In this document: piece by piece, positions 18,904 through 30,234 of the stretch | How the letters are laid out: each line of letters starts with the position of its first letter | Position numbering within the stretch: the stretch's first letter is position 1 | Origin: Pseudomonadota bacterium | Lineage (GTDB): Bacteria; Desulfobacterota; Desulfobacteria; Desulfobacterales; JBDRRP01 | Length of the DNA stretch: 61,425 bases | Assembly: GCA_043825735.1 (NCBI GenBank) | Contig: JBDRRP010000027.1 | Location: forward strand, 124,001-185,425 | Direction: 5' to 3' | Translations under genes and position numbers: made by a program | The notes under the pieces: model-generated | Told to the model about the DNA's origin: nothing | The model's database searches: none | What the model saw: the letters and a program-made list of their open reading frames with translations, nothing else

Positions 18904-19254
18904 ATGAGAGTCAAAAGAGGTTTCAAGGCGCGAAGACGCCGCAACAAATTGTTGAAACTGGCCAAAGGGTTCCGCGGTGGCCGCAGCAAACTGTATCGAA
19001 CAGCTGCAGACTCCGTAGACAAGGCCTTGATGTACGCCTACCGGGACCGAAAAGCCCGCAAGCGTGATTTCAGAAGGTTGTGGATCGCGCGCATCAATGC
19101 CGCCGCCAGAATGAACAACATGAGCTACAGCCGCCTTATTCACGGTCTCAAGTTGGCCAATGTCGATCTGGACCGAAAGGTGCTTGCCGATCTGGCGATT
19201 TTTGAGCCTTCCGGGTTTCAGAAAATTACCGAATTGGCCTCACTCCAAAGCTGA
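18904..19254 (+). CDS. rplT: 50S ribosomal protein L20
   Basis: [40 protein letters not shown]. Confidence 0.98.
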   Translation: MRVKRGFKARRRRNKLLKLAKGFRGGRSKLYRTAADSVDKALMYAYRDRKARKRDFRRLWIARINAAARMNNMSYSRLIHGLKLANVDLDRKVLADLAIFEPSGFQKITELASLQS

Positions 19255-19346
19255 CCAGTGATCTGCCATGGCGGACCGGCGCCAGTCGCTGCCGGTTCGC
19301 CGTGCCCGTCTGAAATCCATCACGCCGTTGTTCTCAGAGAAAAACA

Positions 19347-20351
19347 GTGGATGCCAACATCGAAAAATTGGAGCAGGCCGCGCTTGATGAGATCGCGCAG
19401 GCCGCCGACCAGAAGGCTGTGGATGAGCTGGCGGTAAAATTTATCGGCCGCAAGGGCTTGGTGACGCAACTGCTGCGCAATGTATCGGCCCTTGCCCCCG
19501 AAGAGCGCCCCCGTGCCGGCAAACGAACCAATCAAGCCAAGCAGGCCATTGAATCGGCCATCGCAGAAAGATCGGCCGCGCTCACCGCCGACTCCGAAAT
19601 CCACCGCAGCATCGATGTCTCACTGCCCGGTCGCCCGGCCCCGGCCGGATTTCGTCACCCCATCACCACCATCACCAACGAAATCTGCGACATCTTCACA
19701 CGCATGGGATTCAGCATTGCCGAAGGCCCTGAGGTGGAAACCGACCACTATAACTTCGAAGCACTGAACATCCCCAAAGACCATCCGGCGCGGGATATGC
19801 AGGATACCTTTTACGTATCCGAGAATATCGTTTTGCGCACCCACACATCACCCACGCAGCCGCGCGTGATGGAAAAAGCCAAGCCACCGGTGCGCATCAT
19901 CGCCCCGGGCAAAGTGTACCGCTGCGATTCCGATCTGACCCACACGCCCATGTTTCACCAGGTGGAAGGGCTCCTCGTAGATCGCAATGTATCGTTTGGA
20001 GACCTCAAAGGGGTCCTGACCGCGTTTGTTCACCGGATGTTCGATGAGCACACCAGCTTGAGATTTCGCCCCAGTTTTTTCCCGTTCACCGAACCCAGCG
20101 CGGAGGTGGACATCCTGTGCGTGATGTGCCGCGGCAAGGGCTGCCGGATCTGCTCCCAGACCGGCTGGCTCGAGGTACTCGGATCCGGCATGGTTCACCC
20201 GGCCGTTTTTGAAAACGTCGGCTACGACACCACCGAGTATACCGGATTTGCCTTCGGCATGGGGGTTGAACGCATCGCGATGCTCAAATACGGCATCGAC
20301 GATATCCGAAAATTTTTCGAAAACGATATGCGCTTTTTGAGGCAGTTCTAA
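19347..20351 (+). CDS. pheS: Phenylalanine-tRNA ligase alpha subunit
   Basis: [38 protein letters not shown]. Confidence 0.98.
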   Translation: MDANIEKLEQAALDEIAQAADQKAVDELAVKFIGRKGLVTQLLRNVSALAPEERPRAGKRTNQAKQAIESAIAERSAALTADSEIHRSIDVSLPGRPAPAGFRHPITTITNEICDIFTRMGFSIAEGPEVETDHYNFEALNIPKDHPARDMQDTFYVSENIVLRTHTSPTQPRVMEKAKPPVRIIAPGKVYRCDSDLTHTPMFHQVEGLLVDRNVSFGDLKGVLTAFVHRMFDEHTSLRFRPSFFPFTEPSAEVDILCVMCRGKGCRICSQTGWLEVLGSGMVHPAVFENVGYDTTEYTGFAFGMGVERIAMLKYGIDDIRKFFENDMRFLRQF

Positions 20352-20352
20352 G

Positions 20353-22770
20353 ATGAAAGTCAGCACCAGTTGGCTCAGTGAATATGTTGCGGTGACCGTG
20401 CCGACGGCCGAGTTGGCCGATGCGTTGACCATGGTCGGGCTGGAAGTGGGCGCCATCGCCGATCGATACAGCTACCTGGAAACGGTTTTCGTCGGCGCCA
20501 TTGTCGCTGTGGAGGCCCATCCCAATGCGGACCGGCTGCACCTTTGCACCGTAGACATCGGCACGCAGCGCCTGCGGATCGTCTGCGGCGCCCCCAATGC
20601 ACGCGTCGGCATGCTGACCGCCTGCGCGCTTCCGGGGACTGTTTTGCCCAGCGGCACCCGAATCAGCGCTGGACTCATCCGGGGCGAAACCTCGGAGGGG
20701 ATGCTCTGCAGCGAGGCTGAATTGGGCCTGGGACCGGATGGTTCCGGCATCATGACCCTCGGCTCCCAACCGGCGACAGGCACGCCGCTGAACCGCGCGC
20801 TGGGACTGACCGACCCGGTGCTGGAAATCGATCTGACCCCCAATCGCCCAGACTGCCTGAGCATCCTGGGCATTGCCCGCGAAGTGGCCGCCATCCAGGG
20901 AAATGCCGTCCAATACCCGGAATGCGCCCCCCCCACCGGCACAGGCGACATCACCCGGCACACATCCGTCACCATCGAATCCGCAGAGCGCTGCCCGCGG
21001 TACGCCGCCCGGCTGATCAAGGGCGTCACCATCGGCCCTTCTCCCCAGTGGCTGCAGGACCGGCTGGCCTCCATCGGCCTGAAACCCATCAACAATATCG
21101 TCGATGTCACCAACTTCGTCATGATGGAAGTCGGCCAGCCGCTGCATGCCTTCGATTTCAACCGTCTTGCCGGGCAGCGGATCGTGGTTCGCCCGGCCCG
21201 CGCCGGTGAGCCATTCACCACGCTGGACGGCAAGGCGCGCACGCTGGATGCCGGCATGCTGCTGATCTGCGATGGCGAAAAACCAGTGGCCCTGGCCGGC
21301 GTCATGGGCGGGCTGAACTCCGAAATCGAACCTGACACTGTGGATGTGTTGATTGAAAGCGCCTGTTTCAATCCCGCCTCGGTCAGAAAGACCGCAAAAA
21401 CGCTCGGCCTGAGCACCGACGCGTCCCACCGGTTCGAGCGGGGCGTCGACCCGCTCGGCACCGTGGCGGCCATCGATCGCGCGGCCCGGTTGATGGTGGA
21501 AACAGCCGGCGGCACCGTGATCGGCGGCGTCCTCGATGTGCACCCAAAGCCATTTCGCGTTCCCGTCATCCCATTTTCCGTGGCAGCGGCCAACCGCCGC
21601 ATCGGTACGCAGTTGACCGGCGAGGAGATGACCGCGCTTCTGGAAGGCATCGCGTTCAGCGTGCGCCCCGGCCCGGATGGCACGCGCCTGGAAGTCACGC
21701 CGCCGTCTTTTCGCGTGGACATCGAGCGGTTTGAAGACCTCACGGAAGAAGTTGCCCGGCGATACGGTTACAACCACATCGCCACCACCTACCCGATGAT
21801 GCCATCTTCGGCTGCCAGCCGCGGAACAGTGAGGGATTTTCGCCATCGCATCAGGGAATGGATGGTCGGCTTCGGTTTCACCGAATGCATCACCTACAGT
21901 TTCATCGCGGCCCAGTCCGCTGATCGCATGCGACTGGCTCCGGAAGATGGCCGCCGCCGCCACGTTGCCATCCGTAACCCCATCTCGGAGGATCTGGCCG
22001 TCATGCGGACCTCGCTGGTGCCGGGACTTTTAGCATCGGTAGGACGCAATCAGGCCAATCAGAACGCCAATCTGATGCTCTTTGAAATCGGCAACGTGTT
22101 CTTCGCCACCGGCAATGAAGACACCCAACCCGAGGAGCAGGAAGTGCTGGCCGCCGTGTGGACCGGCTTCCGCCGCGCCCCATCCTGGCAGGCCGCACCG
22201 GTCCCGTGTGATTTTTTTGACTTGAAAGGCGCCCTCGAAGCGCTGCTCTGCCATCTCGGCATCAGGGATGCGGTTTTCACCCGCATGGTCAATGCCGCCG
22301 ACCGCTACCTGCATCCCGGCGTTGCCGCCCACATCATCGCAGACGGACTGCCCCTGGGAACCATCGGAGAGATCCACCCCCAGGTCCAAGACGGCTATGG
22401 TCTGAAGCAACCGGTCTTTCTATTTGAAATCCCGATAGCGTCGCTACGGGCGTCGGCAACCGGAACAACTTATCGCCCGGCGCCGCGCTACCCGTCGACC
22501 GATCGCGACATGACACTGATCATCGATGCCCGAACCGAATCCCAGCAAGTGGTGCGTGCCCTCTCGTCCATGGGTGAGGCATGGGTCGAACGGGTCGCCC
22601 TCTTTGACGTCTACACCGGCAGCCCGATTGCCGAAGGCAAAAAGAGTATTTCCATCCGGTTGACATATCGTTCGACAGAAGGCACCCTGGAAGACGACAG
22701 CGTCAATCGACTGCACCAACGGATCTCGGAAAGAATCATCGAGGCATTCGAGGCGAGCCTGCCCGCGTGA
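20353..22770 (+). CDS. pheT: Phenylalanine-tRNA ligase beta subunit
   Basis: HPNADRL, IVCGAPN, SEGMLCS, LTPNRPDCLS, RFERGVD, C-terminal FDX-ACB. Confidence 0.98.
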   Translation: MKVSTSWLSEYVAVTVPTAELADALTMVGLEVGAIADRYSYLETVFVGAIVAVEAHPNADRLHLCTVDIGTQRLRIVCGAPNARVGMLTACALPGTVLPSGTRISAGLIRGETSEGMLCSEAELGLGPDGSGIMTLGSQPATGTPLNRALGLTDPVLEIDLTPNRPDCLSILGIAREVAAIQGNAVQYPECAPPTGTGDITRHTSVTIESAERCPRYAARLIKGVTIGPSPQWLQDRLASIGLKPINNIVDVTNFVMMEVGQPLHAFDFNRLAGQRIVVRPARAGEPFTTLDGKARTLDAGMLLICDGEKPVALAGVMGGLNSEIEPDTVDVLIESACFNPASVRKTAKTLGLSTDASHRFERGVDPLGTVAAIDRAARLMVETAGGTVIGGVLDVHPKPFRVPVIPFSVAAANRRIGTQLTGEEMTALLEGIAFSVRPGPDGTRLEVTPPSFRVDIERFEDLTEEVARRYGYNHIATTYPMMPSSAASRGTVRDFRHRIREWMVGFGFTECITYSFIAAQSADRMRLAPEDGRRRHVAIRNPISEDLAVMRTSLVPGLLASVGRNQANQNANLMLFEIGNVFFATGNEDTQPEEQEVLAAVWTGFRRAPSWQAAPVPCDFFDLKGALEALLCHLGIRDAVFTRMVNAADRYLHPGVAAHIIADGLPLGTIGEIHPQVQDGYGLKQPVFLFEIPIASLRASATGTTYRPAPRYPSTDRDMTLIIDARTESQQVVRALSSMGEAWVERVALFDVYTGSPIAEGKKSISIRLTYRSTEGTLEDDSVNRLHQRISERIIEAFEASLPA

Positions 22771-22793
22771 GTGCATGTCGGCCGAAACTTGTC

Positions 22794-22972
22794 AGGCTGT
22801 TGAAAAACGGCGCCTCACGACCTGATCCGTCACGCCATGGCGTGACTCTGGTCAATCCTCGACGGTGCGCCGCTACGCCTGCGGTTGCCCGATCGGCTGC
22901 GGCCTTCCGTCTTCGCCTAAAGGCTACGCCGGACACGTGCCTGAGGCCGCGATGCTTGTTTTTCAACAGCCT
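22794..22972. mobile_element. MITE with perfect terminal inverted repeats
   Basis: AGGCTGTTGAAAAAC (22794-22808) / GTTTTTCAACAGCCT (22958-22972), flanked by direct GTC; no transposase. Confidence 0.8.
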
Positions 22973-22987
22973 GTCTAAGGCCGCGCC

Positions 22988-23326
22988 ATGCAAAACACTT
23001 CGGAAAACACAGCAGCAGCCATCCCCGACAAGCTTTATTTCCGCGTCGGTGAAGTCAGCCGCATCGCCGGCGTCGAAGCGCATGTCCTTCGGTTCTGGGA
23101 GTCGGAATTTTCGCAGATCCGCCCCAAACGCACGTCAAGCGGCCAGCGCCTGTACCGTAAAAAGGATGTGGAAACTATTCTCGATATCAAGGACCTGCTG
23201 TACCGACAAAAATACACCATCCCCGGCGCGCGTCAGCATCTTAAAAATCGAACGCTCATTGCACCAACCATGAGTCTGTCGGAAATCCGCGAAGCGCTAC
23301 TGGCCATCCGCCGACTGCTCGAGTAA
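22988..23326 (+). CDS. MerR-family transcriptional regulator
   Basis: IPDKLYFRVGEVS...LRFWESEF...GQRLYR; usual position after pheT. Confidence 0.92.
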   Translation: MQNTSENTAAAIPDKLYFRVGEVSRIAGVEAHVLRFWESEFSQIRPKRTSSGQRLYRKKDVETILDIKDLLYRQKYTIPGARQHLKNRTLIAPTMSLSEIREALLAIRRLLE

Positions 23327-23402
23327 AAGCGACATTGGCCTGCAAACACCGCCAAAAATGATTGACAATAGCCTGGCGATGCCTTAAGTAATGCCTCTGG
23401 TG

Positions 23403-23478
23403 GCGGGCATAGCTCAGTTGGTAGAGTACAAGCTTCCCAAGCTTGGTGTCGCGAGTTCGAATCTCGTTGCCCGCTCCA
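23403..23478 (+). tRNA. tRNA-Gly (CCC)
   Basis: 76-nt cloverleaf; anticodon arm CAAGC-TTCCCAA-GCTTG, TTCGAAT T-loop, encoded CCA; TTGACA at 23362. Confidence 0.97.
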
Positions 23479-23611
23479 AACTTTCGTCCGCCGAATTGTT
23501 GTGGATGACGAAGGGTAGACTGTTTGCCCACGTGTGAATTTGGACTTTAATTCTACGGACGGCTTATGAATAGGTAACCACTTCCGACTCTGAGCAAAAC
23601 ATCTACCTAAC

Positions 23612-23638
23612 AAACGGGCGGGAGCCCGTTTTTTTTTT
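23612..23638 (+). terminator. Terminator-like hairpin in the rimP leader
   Basis: AAACGGGC-GGGA-GCCCGTTT plus T run, 15 nt before rimP. Confidence 0.75.
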
Positions 23639-23653
23639 CGATGAGGGGGCCCA

Positions 23654-24187
23654 GTGGCCAGGGGAAAAGCGCACCGCACCGGCGACGACAAAAACACACC
23701 GTCCCGGCCGGTTACTAAATTAAAGGATGACGACATCGTCAGACAGGTCGACGCGCTGGTCGCCCCCTTTTTGGCCGCAGACGGCATTGAGCTCGTACTG
23801 GTGGAATACCGCCGGGAAAGCGGCGGCCGGATCATGCGCCTTTACATTGATAAGCCGGGGGGCGTCATGCTCGATGACTGTGTATCGGTCAACCGGTATA
23901 TCGGGGACCTGCTGGATGTCAGCCTTGGCGACATTGGCCCATACCGGCTGGAAGTCTCTTCACCGGGGACGGATCGCCCTCTGGTGAAACCTGAGGATTT
24001 CAAGCGTTTTGAGCGTGAGCGCGTACAGATCCGCCTTAAAACGCCGGTGCAAGGCAGAAAAAATATCAAGGGGCAACTGACGGGATCGGACGCCGATGGG
24101 ATCAGCGTGGAAACGGATGCGGAAACACTGTGCATCCGCTACTCGCAGATTTCCATGGCCAGACTCTTCCCCCAAACGAAACCCTGA
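23654..24187 (+). CDS. rimP: Ribosome maturation factor RimP
   Basis: RLYIDKPGGVMLDDC, YRLEVSSPGTDRPL. Confidence 0.95.
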   Translation: MARGKAHRTGDDKNTPSRPVTKLKDDDIVRQVDALVAPFLAADGIELVLVEYRRESGGRIMRLYIDKPGGVMLDDCVSVNRYIGDLLDVSLGDIGPYRLEVSSPGTDRPLVKPEDFKRFERERVQIRLKTPVQGRKNIKGQLTGSDADGISVETDAETLCIRYSQISMARLFPQTKP

Positions 24188-24279
24188 TCGCAGTATTGCA
24201 AAAATCGGGTTCTTTCCCGGGCGGGACACCAAAAACGCGCCCGGGAATCCAAATAAACCCCTTTGAACGGAGACCGTCG

Positions 24280-25695
24280 ATGCTGATCACAGATATCAAA
24301 CGGGTCGTTGATCAAATCAGTCGGGACAAGGGAATCAGCCGAGATATCCTTATCCAGGCCATCGAGGAAGCCCTAAAGTCTGCTGCTAGAAAGAAATACG
24401 GCAGCAAGATCGATATCGAAGTACATTACAACGATGAAACCGGTGAAGTGGAGGTCTTCCAATTCAAGGAAGTCGTTGAGACGGTTGAAGATCCTCAAGT
24501 CGAAATCGGGCTCAAAGAAGGTCGGGCCATGGACCCCGATTGCGATCTTGGCGACAGCCTCGGCACCAAGATGGACACCACCACTTTCGGCCGCATCGCG
24601 GCCCAATCGGCCAAGCAGGTGATTATCCAGAAGATGAAGGATGCCGAGCGTGACGCGGTTTACAAGTCATTCATCGATCGCAAAGGCGAAATCATCAACG
24701 GTATCGTGCAACGGATCGACAGAGGAGACATCGTTGTCAATCTGGGAACCACGGAAGGCGTCCTCCCGCTGAGAGAGCAGATACCCAGGGAGAACTATCG
24801 CCGCGGGGACCGTATTCGCGCCTATATCATGGATGTCCTCCACGAAACCCGGGGGCCGCAAATCATCTTATCGCGGACCCATCCCGAATTTCTCATTCAC
24901 CTGTTTAAGACCGAGGTCCCTGAAATCAATGAAGGGATCGTCACGATCATGGGTGCCGCCCGCGAGCCGGGTGTCCGCGCAAAGTTCGCCGTCGCCTCCA
25001 ACGACAGCGACATCGATCCGGTGGGCGCTTGCGTCGGCATGAAGGGCAGCCGGGTACAAAACGTCGTTCAAGAGCTGCGCGGCGAGAAAATCGATATCAT
25101 CCCATGGCATCTCGATCCGGCAAAATACGTCTGCAACGCACTGGCACCCGCGGAAATATCACGGGTGATCATCGACGAAGACAATCGCGCCATGGAAGTT
25201 ATCGTACCTGACGAGCATCTTTCCATCGCCATCGGCAAACGCGGGCAAAATGTCCGCCTCGCGTCCAAGCTGACCAAATGGCATTTGGACGTTATCAGCG
25301 AAGAACGCTACAATCAGGAGATGCAGGAAGGCTACAATTCCTTGATGTCGCTTCCCGGTGTGGGCGACAGCCTCGCCGATGCCCTTTACGAAACCGGATT
25401 TTACTCGGCTGAGGAGTTAAGCCAGGCGGCGGTAGAGGACCTGGTTCAAATCCGCGGCATTGGAGACGAAAAGGCCGGCCTGCTGATTACCGCCGCAGCG
25501 ACTTATCTTGAAGACAAAGCCGTGGCCGATGCCGCTGCAGAAGTTCAAGCTGCGGCAGCTGCTGAAGCCGCGGCAGCCGCCGATGCTGCTCCGGCGGCCG
25601 ATGACGGCGAGGCACCGAAAACGGACGAAACGCCCGGCACTGTTGAAGACAATGCTGCGGCTCAAACAAAATCACCATCAGAAGAGCCCCAATAG
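24280..25695 (+). CDS. nusA: Transcription factor NusA
   Basis: [37 protein letters not shown]; start set to ATG 24280. Confidence 0.97.
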   Translation: MLITDIKRVVDQISRDKGISRDILIQAIEEALKSAARKKYGSKIDIEVHYNDETGEVEVFQFKEVVETVEDPQVEIGLKEGRAMDPDCDLGDSLGTKMDTTTFGRIAAQSAKQVIIQKMKDAERDAVYKSFIDRKGEIINGIVQRIDRGDIVVNLGTTEGVLPLREQIPRENYRRGDRIRAYIMDVLHETRGPQIILSRTHPEFLIHLFKTEVPEINEGIVTIMGAAREPGVRAKFAVASNDSDIDPVGACVGMKGSRVQNVVQELRGEKIDIIPWHLDPAKYVCNALAPAEISRVIIDEDNRAMEVIVPDEHLSIAIGKRGQNVRLASKLTKWHLDVISEERYNQEMQEGYNSLMSLPGVGDSLADALYETGFYSAEELSQAAVEDLVQIRGIGDEKAGLLITAAATYLEDKAVADAAAEVQAAAAAEAAAAADAAPAADDGEAPKTDETPGTVEDNAAAQTKSPSEEPQ

Positions 25696-25699
25696 TCGT

Positions 25700-25738
25700 T
25701 CGGCGCGGAAGGCAGATCCTTTTCCGCGCCGATGGTTT
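25700..25738 (+). terminator. Hairpin between nusA and infB (pause or weak terminator)
   Basis: TCGGCGCGGAA / TTCCGCGCCGA 11-bp stem followed by TGGTTTT. Confidence 0.45.
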
Positions 25739-25795
25739 TATCGACAGTGAGGCAATTCGCGACGGCTCAGCTCAAATCTTACGTGGAGAAGATGA

Positions 25796-28561
25796 ATGGC
25801 GAAGATCAGAGTATACGAACTTGCCAGAACCCTTAACATGAAAAACAAGGCTCTACTGGACAAGTTAAGGGAGCTCAACATTACCGTCGCCACCCACATG
25901 AGTTCGCTGGAAGACGACGAAGTCCTGGAGATCAAGGCCAGCATCTCGGGAAAAACGGCAACCGGCGTTATTGAGGAGACCCGCGTCAAACCGACCATTA
26001 TCAGGCGCCGCAAAACCGTGGTCCGCCGAAAAGCGGTCGATGATGAGCCGTTAGAAGATGAATCGGCTGATGAGGCTTCAGAAGATGAGGTTTGGGTTGA
26101 CGCGTCACCTCCGGAGGAGGTCATCCCGGACGCGTCGGTGACAGTCGCCCCCGAGGCCCCTCCGGTTGAAGCCGAACCGCCCACCGTCACGGTGGAGGTC
26201 GCCCCGGAACCAACGCCTGCGCTTGAAGCGGAAACACTACCCACGCCGGCTGAATCCGAAGAGACGGCTGCGGCACCGGAAGCCGCGCCTTCTGCCGTGG
26301 TTGAGCCTGTTGCAGAACCGCTCGGTGAAGCCGAACCCGCTGCCGCCGCACCGTCCGCAGCGGCAGAAGCCGAACCGGCAGTAGAAAGCCCTGCCAAGGG
26401 AAAAGCTAGACGGCTCGTCACCGCCAAGTCGATGCTCAAAAACGAAAAACCCGCCAAAATCATCAAAATGGGGAGCGCGCCGCCGCCGAAGCCAACACCG
26501 AAAACACCGGTACCGGCACCACCAGAAGAGGTTGTGGTCAAGCAGCCAGCGCAGTCTCCTGCGCCGCAGACCGACACTGAGGACCGTTCGCCAAAGGACA
26601 AGAAAAAGAAGGGGATCAAACCCAAAGTCCCCGATGAGCGCGAAGACAAGAAATTTGTAAAAAAACGCATCTCCTTCCGGCGCAAGGAAGTGGTGGAAGG
26701 GGCCGATTTGTATTCGGCGCGCGCCATACGAGGACGCAAGGGGCGCAAAGGCGCCAAAGCCGTTTCTCCCGCCCAGAAGACACAAATCACCACCGCAAAG
26801 GCCATCAAGCGCCGCGTCAAAATGGATGAAACCATCGTTCTTGCCGAACTGGCCAAGCGCATGGGCATCAAGGCCAATGAAATGATCGGCAAGCTCATGG
26901 GAATGGGGGTTATGGCAACCGTCAATCAGACCATCGATTACGACACCGCTGTTGTTGTGGCCACCGAGTTCGGGTATGAAATCGAGCGCGCCGCCTTTGA
27001 AGAGGAAACCTTCCTGAACATCGCCACCGTCGACGCGCCGGAAACCATGAAAAGCCGCCCTCCGGTGGTGACCATCATGGGGCACGTCGACCACGGCAAG
27101 ACATCTCTTCTGGATGTCATCCGGAAATCCCGGATTACCGACGGAGAAGCCGGGGGCATCACCCAGCACATCGGCGCCTATTCTGTGGCCACCGAAAAAG
27201 GGCAGATCGTCTTTCTGGACACACCCGGTCACGAGGCCTTCACCGCCATGCGATCGCGCGGAGCCCAGGTCACCGACATTGTCATCCTGGTGGTGGCCGC
27301 CGACGACGGCGTCATGCCCCAGACCCAGGAAGCCATCAACCACTCCCGGGCAGCCGGCGTCCCCATTATCGTCGCCATCAACAAGATCGACAAGCCCGGG
27401 GCCGAACCCGATCGGGTCCAGCGAGAACTGGCCGAAGCGGGGCTGTCCCCCGAAGAGTGGGGCGGCGACACGATCTTTGTAAAAGTGTCCGCCAAGGAAG
27501 AAACCGGCATCGACGAACTTCTGGAAATGATTTTACTCCAATCGGAGATGCTCGAAATCAAAGCGAACCCTGACAAGCCAGCCATGGGCACCGTCATCGA
27601 GGCCAAACTCGAATCGGGCCGCGGCCCGGTGGCCACGGTCCTGATCCAGGAGGGCACCCTCAAAACGGGTGATGTGGTGGTGTGCGGGGTCCACTACGGC
27701 AAGGTGCGCGCACTGCTGGACGACCTCGGCATGCCCGTGGACTCGGCGGGACCGGCCATGCCGGTGGAAATTCTCGGGCTGTCCGGAGTGCCCAATGCCG
27801 GGGACGAACTGGTGGCCCTGGCCGATGAAAAAGACGCCAAACAGGTAAGCGCTCACCGCTCGCAGAAGCAACGCTCGGTCGAGCTGGCCAAAACCGGCCG
27901 CATGAGCCTCGACGGCCTTTTCGCGAAAATGAAGGAGGGCGAGGTCCATGATCTCAACCTTATCGTCAAGGCCGATGTGCACGGCTCCATCGAAGCGTTG
28001 TCCGAGTCGCTGGTGAAACTGGCCAACGACGAGGTGAAAATCAATATCGTTCATGCGGCCACGGGCACCATTTCCGAAAGCGACGTGTCCCTTGCAGCCG
28101 TCTCCAACGCCATCATCATCGGCTTCAATGTCCGGCCCAACGCCAAAGTGCAGACGATGGCCAATGAAGAACATGTAGACATGCGCTTTTACAACATCAT
28201 CTACAATGTCATCAAAGATGTCCAAGATGCCATTGTCGGCTTGATGGCTTCAACATTCAAAGAACACGTCATGGGCCGGGCCGAAGTCCGCCAGGTATTT
28301 CAGATCCCCAAAGTCGGGGCCATCGCCGGCTGCTATGTGACGGACGGGAAAATCCAGCGCGGTGCGCAGATGCGCCTGCTCCGTGACGGGGTGATCGTCT
28401 ACGAAGGTAAAAACGCATCACTGCGCCGTTTCAAGGACGATGCCAAAGAGGTCCAGACCGGCTATGAATGCGGCATCAGTATCGAGCACTTCAATGACAT
28501 CAAGGTGGGTGATACCATCGAGTGCTTTTACATGGAAGAAATCCGCCCGCAACTCGGATAG
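25796..28561 (+). CDS. infB: Translation initiation factor IF-2
   Basis: [42 protein letters not shown]. Confidence 0.98.
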   Translation: MAKIRVYELARTLNMKNKALLDKLRELNITVATHMSSLEDDEVLEIKASISGKTATGVIEETRVKPTIIRRRKTVVRRKAVDDEPLEDESADEASEDEVWVDASPPEEVIPDASVTVAPEAPPVEAEPPTVTVEVAPEPTPALEAETLPTPAESEETAAAPEAAPSAVVEPVAEPLGEAEPAAAAPSAAAEAEPAVESPAKGKARRLVTAKSMLKNEKPAKIIKMGSAPPPKPTPKTPVPAPPEEVVVKQPAQSPAPQTDTEDRSPKDKKKKGIKPKVPDEREDKKFVKKRISFRRKEVVEGADLYSARAIRGRKGRKGAKAVSPAQKTQITTAKAIKRRVKMDETIVLAELAKRMGIKANEMIGKLMGMGVMATVNQTIDYDTAVVVATEFGYEIERAAFEEETFLNIATVDAPETMKSRPPVVTIMGHVDHGKTSLLDVIRKSRITDGEAGGITQHIGAYSVATEKGQIVFLDTPGHEAFTAMRSRGAQVTDIVILVVAADDGVMPQTQEAINHSRAAGVPIIVAINKIDKPGAEPDRVQRELAEAGLSPEEWGGDTIFVKVSAKEETGIDELLEMILLQSEMLEIKANPDKPAMGTVIEAKLESGRGPVATVLIQEGTLKTGDVVVCGVHYGKVRALLDDLGMPVDSAGPAMPVEILGLSGVPNAGDELVALADEKDAKQVSAHRSQKQRSVELAKTGRMSLDGLFAKMKEGEVHDLNLIVKADVHGSIEALSESLVKLANDEVKINIVHAATGTISESDVSLAAVSNAIIIGFNVRPNAKVQTMANEEHVDMRFYNIIYNVIKDVQDAIVGLMASTFKEHVMGRAEVRQVFQIPKVGAIAGCYVTDGKIQRGAQMRLLRDGVIVYEGKNASLRRFKDDAKEVQTGYECGISIEHFNDIKVGDTIECFYMEEIRPQLG

Positions 28562-28576
28562 CGGACAGGTGGCGTC

Positions 28577-28864
28577 ATGGTCATCGGCATCGGCACCCTT
28601 ACCTTGCGGCTTCATGGCTGCCGGTCCTTGAAAGAAAAACGCTCAATCGTGAAGGCCTATATCAGCAGGATCCGAAACAGCTTCAATGCCTCCGTTGCGG
28701 AAACGGGCGCCAACGACATCCATCACCGCGCGGAGATCGGATTTGCCGTGGTGGGCAACAGCGGCTCTGTCGTCAACGCCAAGCTCGACAAGATCATAAA
28801 CCTTGCCGAAGATATAGGCCTGGCGGAAGTCACCGATGCCGATCTGGAGATCATCACTCTATGA
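28577..28864 (+). CDS. DUF503 (YlxP-like) protein
   Basis: SLKEKRSIVK...FNASVAE; conserved position between infB and rbfA. Confidence 0.9.
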   Translation: MVIGIGTLTLRLHGCRSLKEKRSIVKAYISRIRNSFNASVAETGANDIHHRAEIGFAVVGNSGSVVNAKLDKIINLAEDIGLAEVTDADLEIITL

Positions 28865-29238
28865 GACCATACACTCGGGCCAATCGCGTAGGTGAGCAGA
28901 TACGGCGCAACCTGTCTGAGCTGCTGACCAAAAGCGTTCATGACCCGCGCCTGGAAACGGTAGTCATCTCCGATGTGGAGGTGACCGCAGACATCAAACT
29001 GGCGACCGTCCATTTCACGGTCACTGGCGGCGAGGCTTCTAAAGATAAGGCCCTGAAGGGATTCCAGAGTGCCAAGGGATTTGTGAAACGTGAACTGGCC
29101 CGGCAGCTGGGGCTGCGGTATATGCCGGACCTTCGTTTCTTTTACGATGCATCATTCGACCAGGGAGAGCGGATCGAACGGATCATTCACGAACTGAAGC
29201 AAGACGATGGACCAGATCATTCAACAATTGACAAATAG
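28861..29238 (+). CDS. rbfA: Ribosome-binding factor A
   Basis: RANRVGEQI, DPRL, LRYMPDLRFFYD; ATG overlaps the DUF503 stop. Confidence 0.95.
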   Translation: MRPYTRANRVGEQIRRNLSELLTKSVHDPRLETVVISDVEVTADIKLATVHFTVTGGEASKDKALKGFQSAKGFVKRELARQLGLRYMPDLRFFYDASFDQGERIERIIHELKQDDGPDHSTIDK

Positions 29239-30184
29239 CCGGCGCGTTTTTCTGGCCAGCCACCTCAATCCGGACGGTGACGCCATCGGCAGCCTGATTG
29301 CGATGGGCCTTGCGCTCGAAAAACGGGGCAAGGACGTCACGATGTACAATGAGAGCCCGATTCCGGCGGTGTATCGTTTTTTGCCTGCCGTGGATCGCAT
29401 CACCGACGCCATGGACGCCGAGCCGGGCAGTTACGATGCGGCCGTCGTTCTCGACTGTGGTGACCTGCAGCGCGTCGGCAGCCATGCAGACAGACTGGGA
29501 CAGATTCCGGTGGTGATCAATATCGACCACCACATCACAAATACGCGATTCGGCCATCACCACCAGGTGGATGCACAGGCCTGCGCCACCGCCGAAATCG
29601 TTTACCGGTTGATCACGGCCATGGGGGTTTCTGTGGATCTGGAAATGGCCACGGCCATTTATACCGCCATATTCACCGATACCGGCTCGTTTCGGTTTTC
29701 CAGTACCAACCGGATGGCTTTTGCGATTTGCGACGAGATGGTGGGTATCGGGGTGGACCCCTATAAGGTGGCTCAAAATGTCTACGGCACTTATTCGCTG
29801 GGGCGGATCAAACTGCTCAACCTTGCCCTTGACTCCATCGAAATCGCTGCCGACGGACAGCTATCCATCATGACGCTGTCTCAAGACATGCTCAAGGAAA
29901 CCAATACCCATCCGGAGGACGCCGATGGGTTGATCAATTACGCAAAACGGATCCGGAACGTGCGCCTGGCAGCGCTCATTCATGAGCAGGAAACCAATGG
30001 CACCGCCGCCAAAGCCTCACCGCCACGGTGCCATGTCAGCCTGCGATCCGACGGAACCATTGATGTGGCGCGCATCGCAGCCCATTTCGGCGGTGGCGGC
30101 CATGCGAGCGCCGCCGGATTCAATATGAATGCGACGGCGGCCGCGGTTAAGACTGAAATTATCCGCATCGCGGAGCGACTTTAG
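29207..30184 (+). CDS. nrnA: DHH-family oligoribonuclease/PAP phosphatase
   Basis: HLNPDGDAIGS, IDHH, DTGSF, GGGGHASAAG. Confidence 0.9.
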   Translation: MDQIIQQLTNSRRVFLASHLNPDGDAIGSLIAMGLALEKRGKDVTMYNESPIPAVYRFLPAVDRITDAMDAEPGSYDAAVVLDCGDLQRVGSHADRLGQIPVVINIDHHITNTRFGHHHQVDAQACATAEIVYRLITAMGVSVDLEMATAIYTAIFTDTGSFRFSSTNRMAFAICDEMVGIGVDPYKVAQNVYGTYSLGRIKLLNLALDSIEIAADGQLSIMTLSQDMLKETNTHPEDADGLINYAKRIRNVRLAALIHEQETNGTAAKASPPRCHVSLRSDGTIDVARIAAHFGGGGHASAAGFNMNATAAAVKTEIIRIAERL

Positions 30185-30234
30185 CCGCCGGCCGGTATCA
30201 CGGCTGGCGGCACCGACGACACTTAAGCGGACCG

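Noticed and set aside
19255..19346. pheM-type attenuator before pheS
   Set aside because: A hairpin is present but there is no Phe-codon run or U-tailed terminator.
22767..23273. 168-aa ORF across the pheT-merR gap as ihfA or a transposase
   Set aside because: No IHF or DDE features; it reads through the MITE and overlaps merR out of frame.
25900..26600. Pro/Ala/Glu-rich stretch in infB as an insertion
   Set aside because: Variable low-complexity N-terminal linkers are normal in IF-2.
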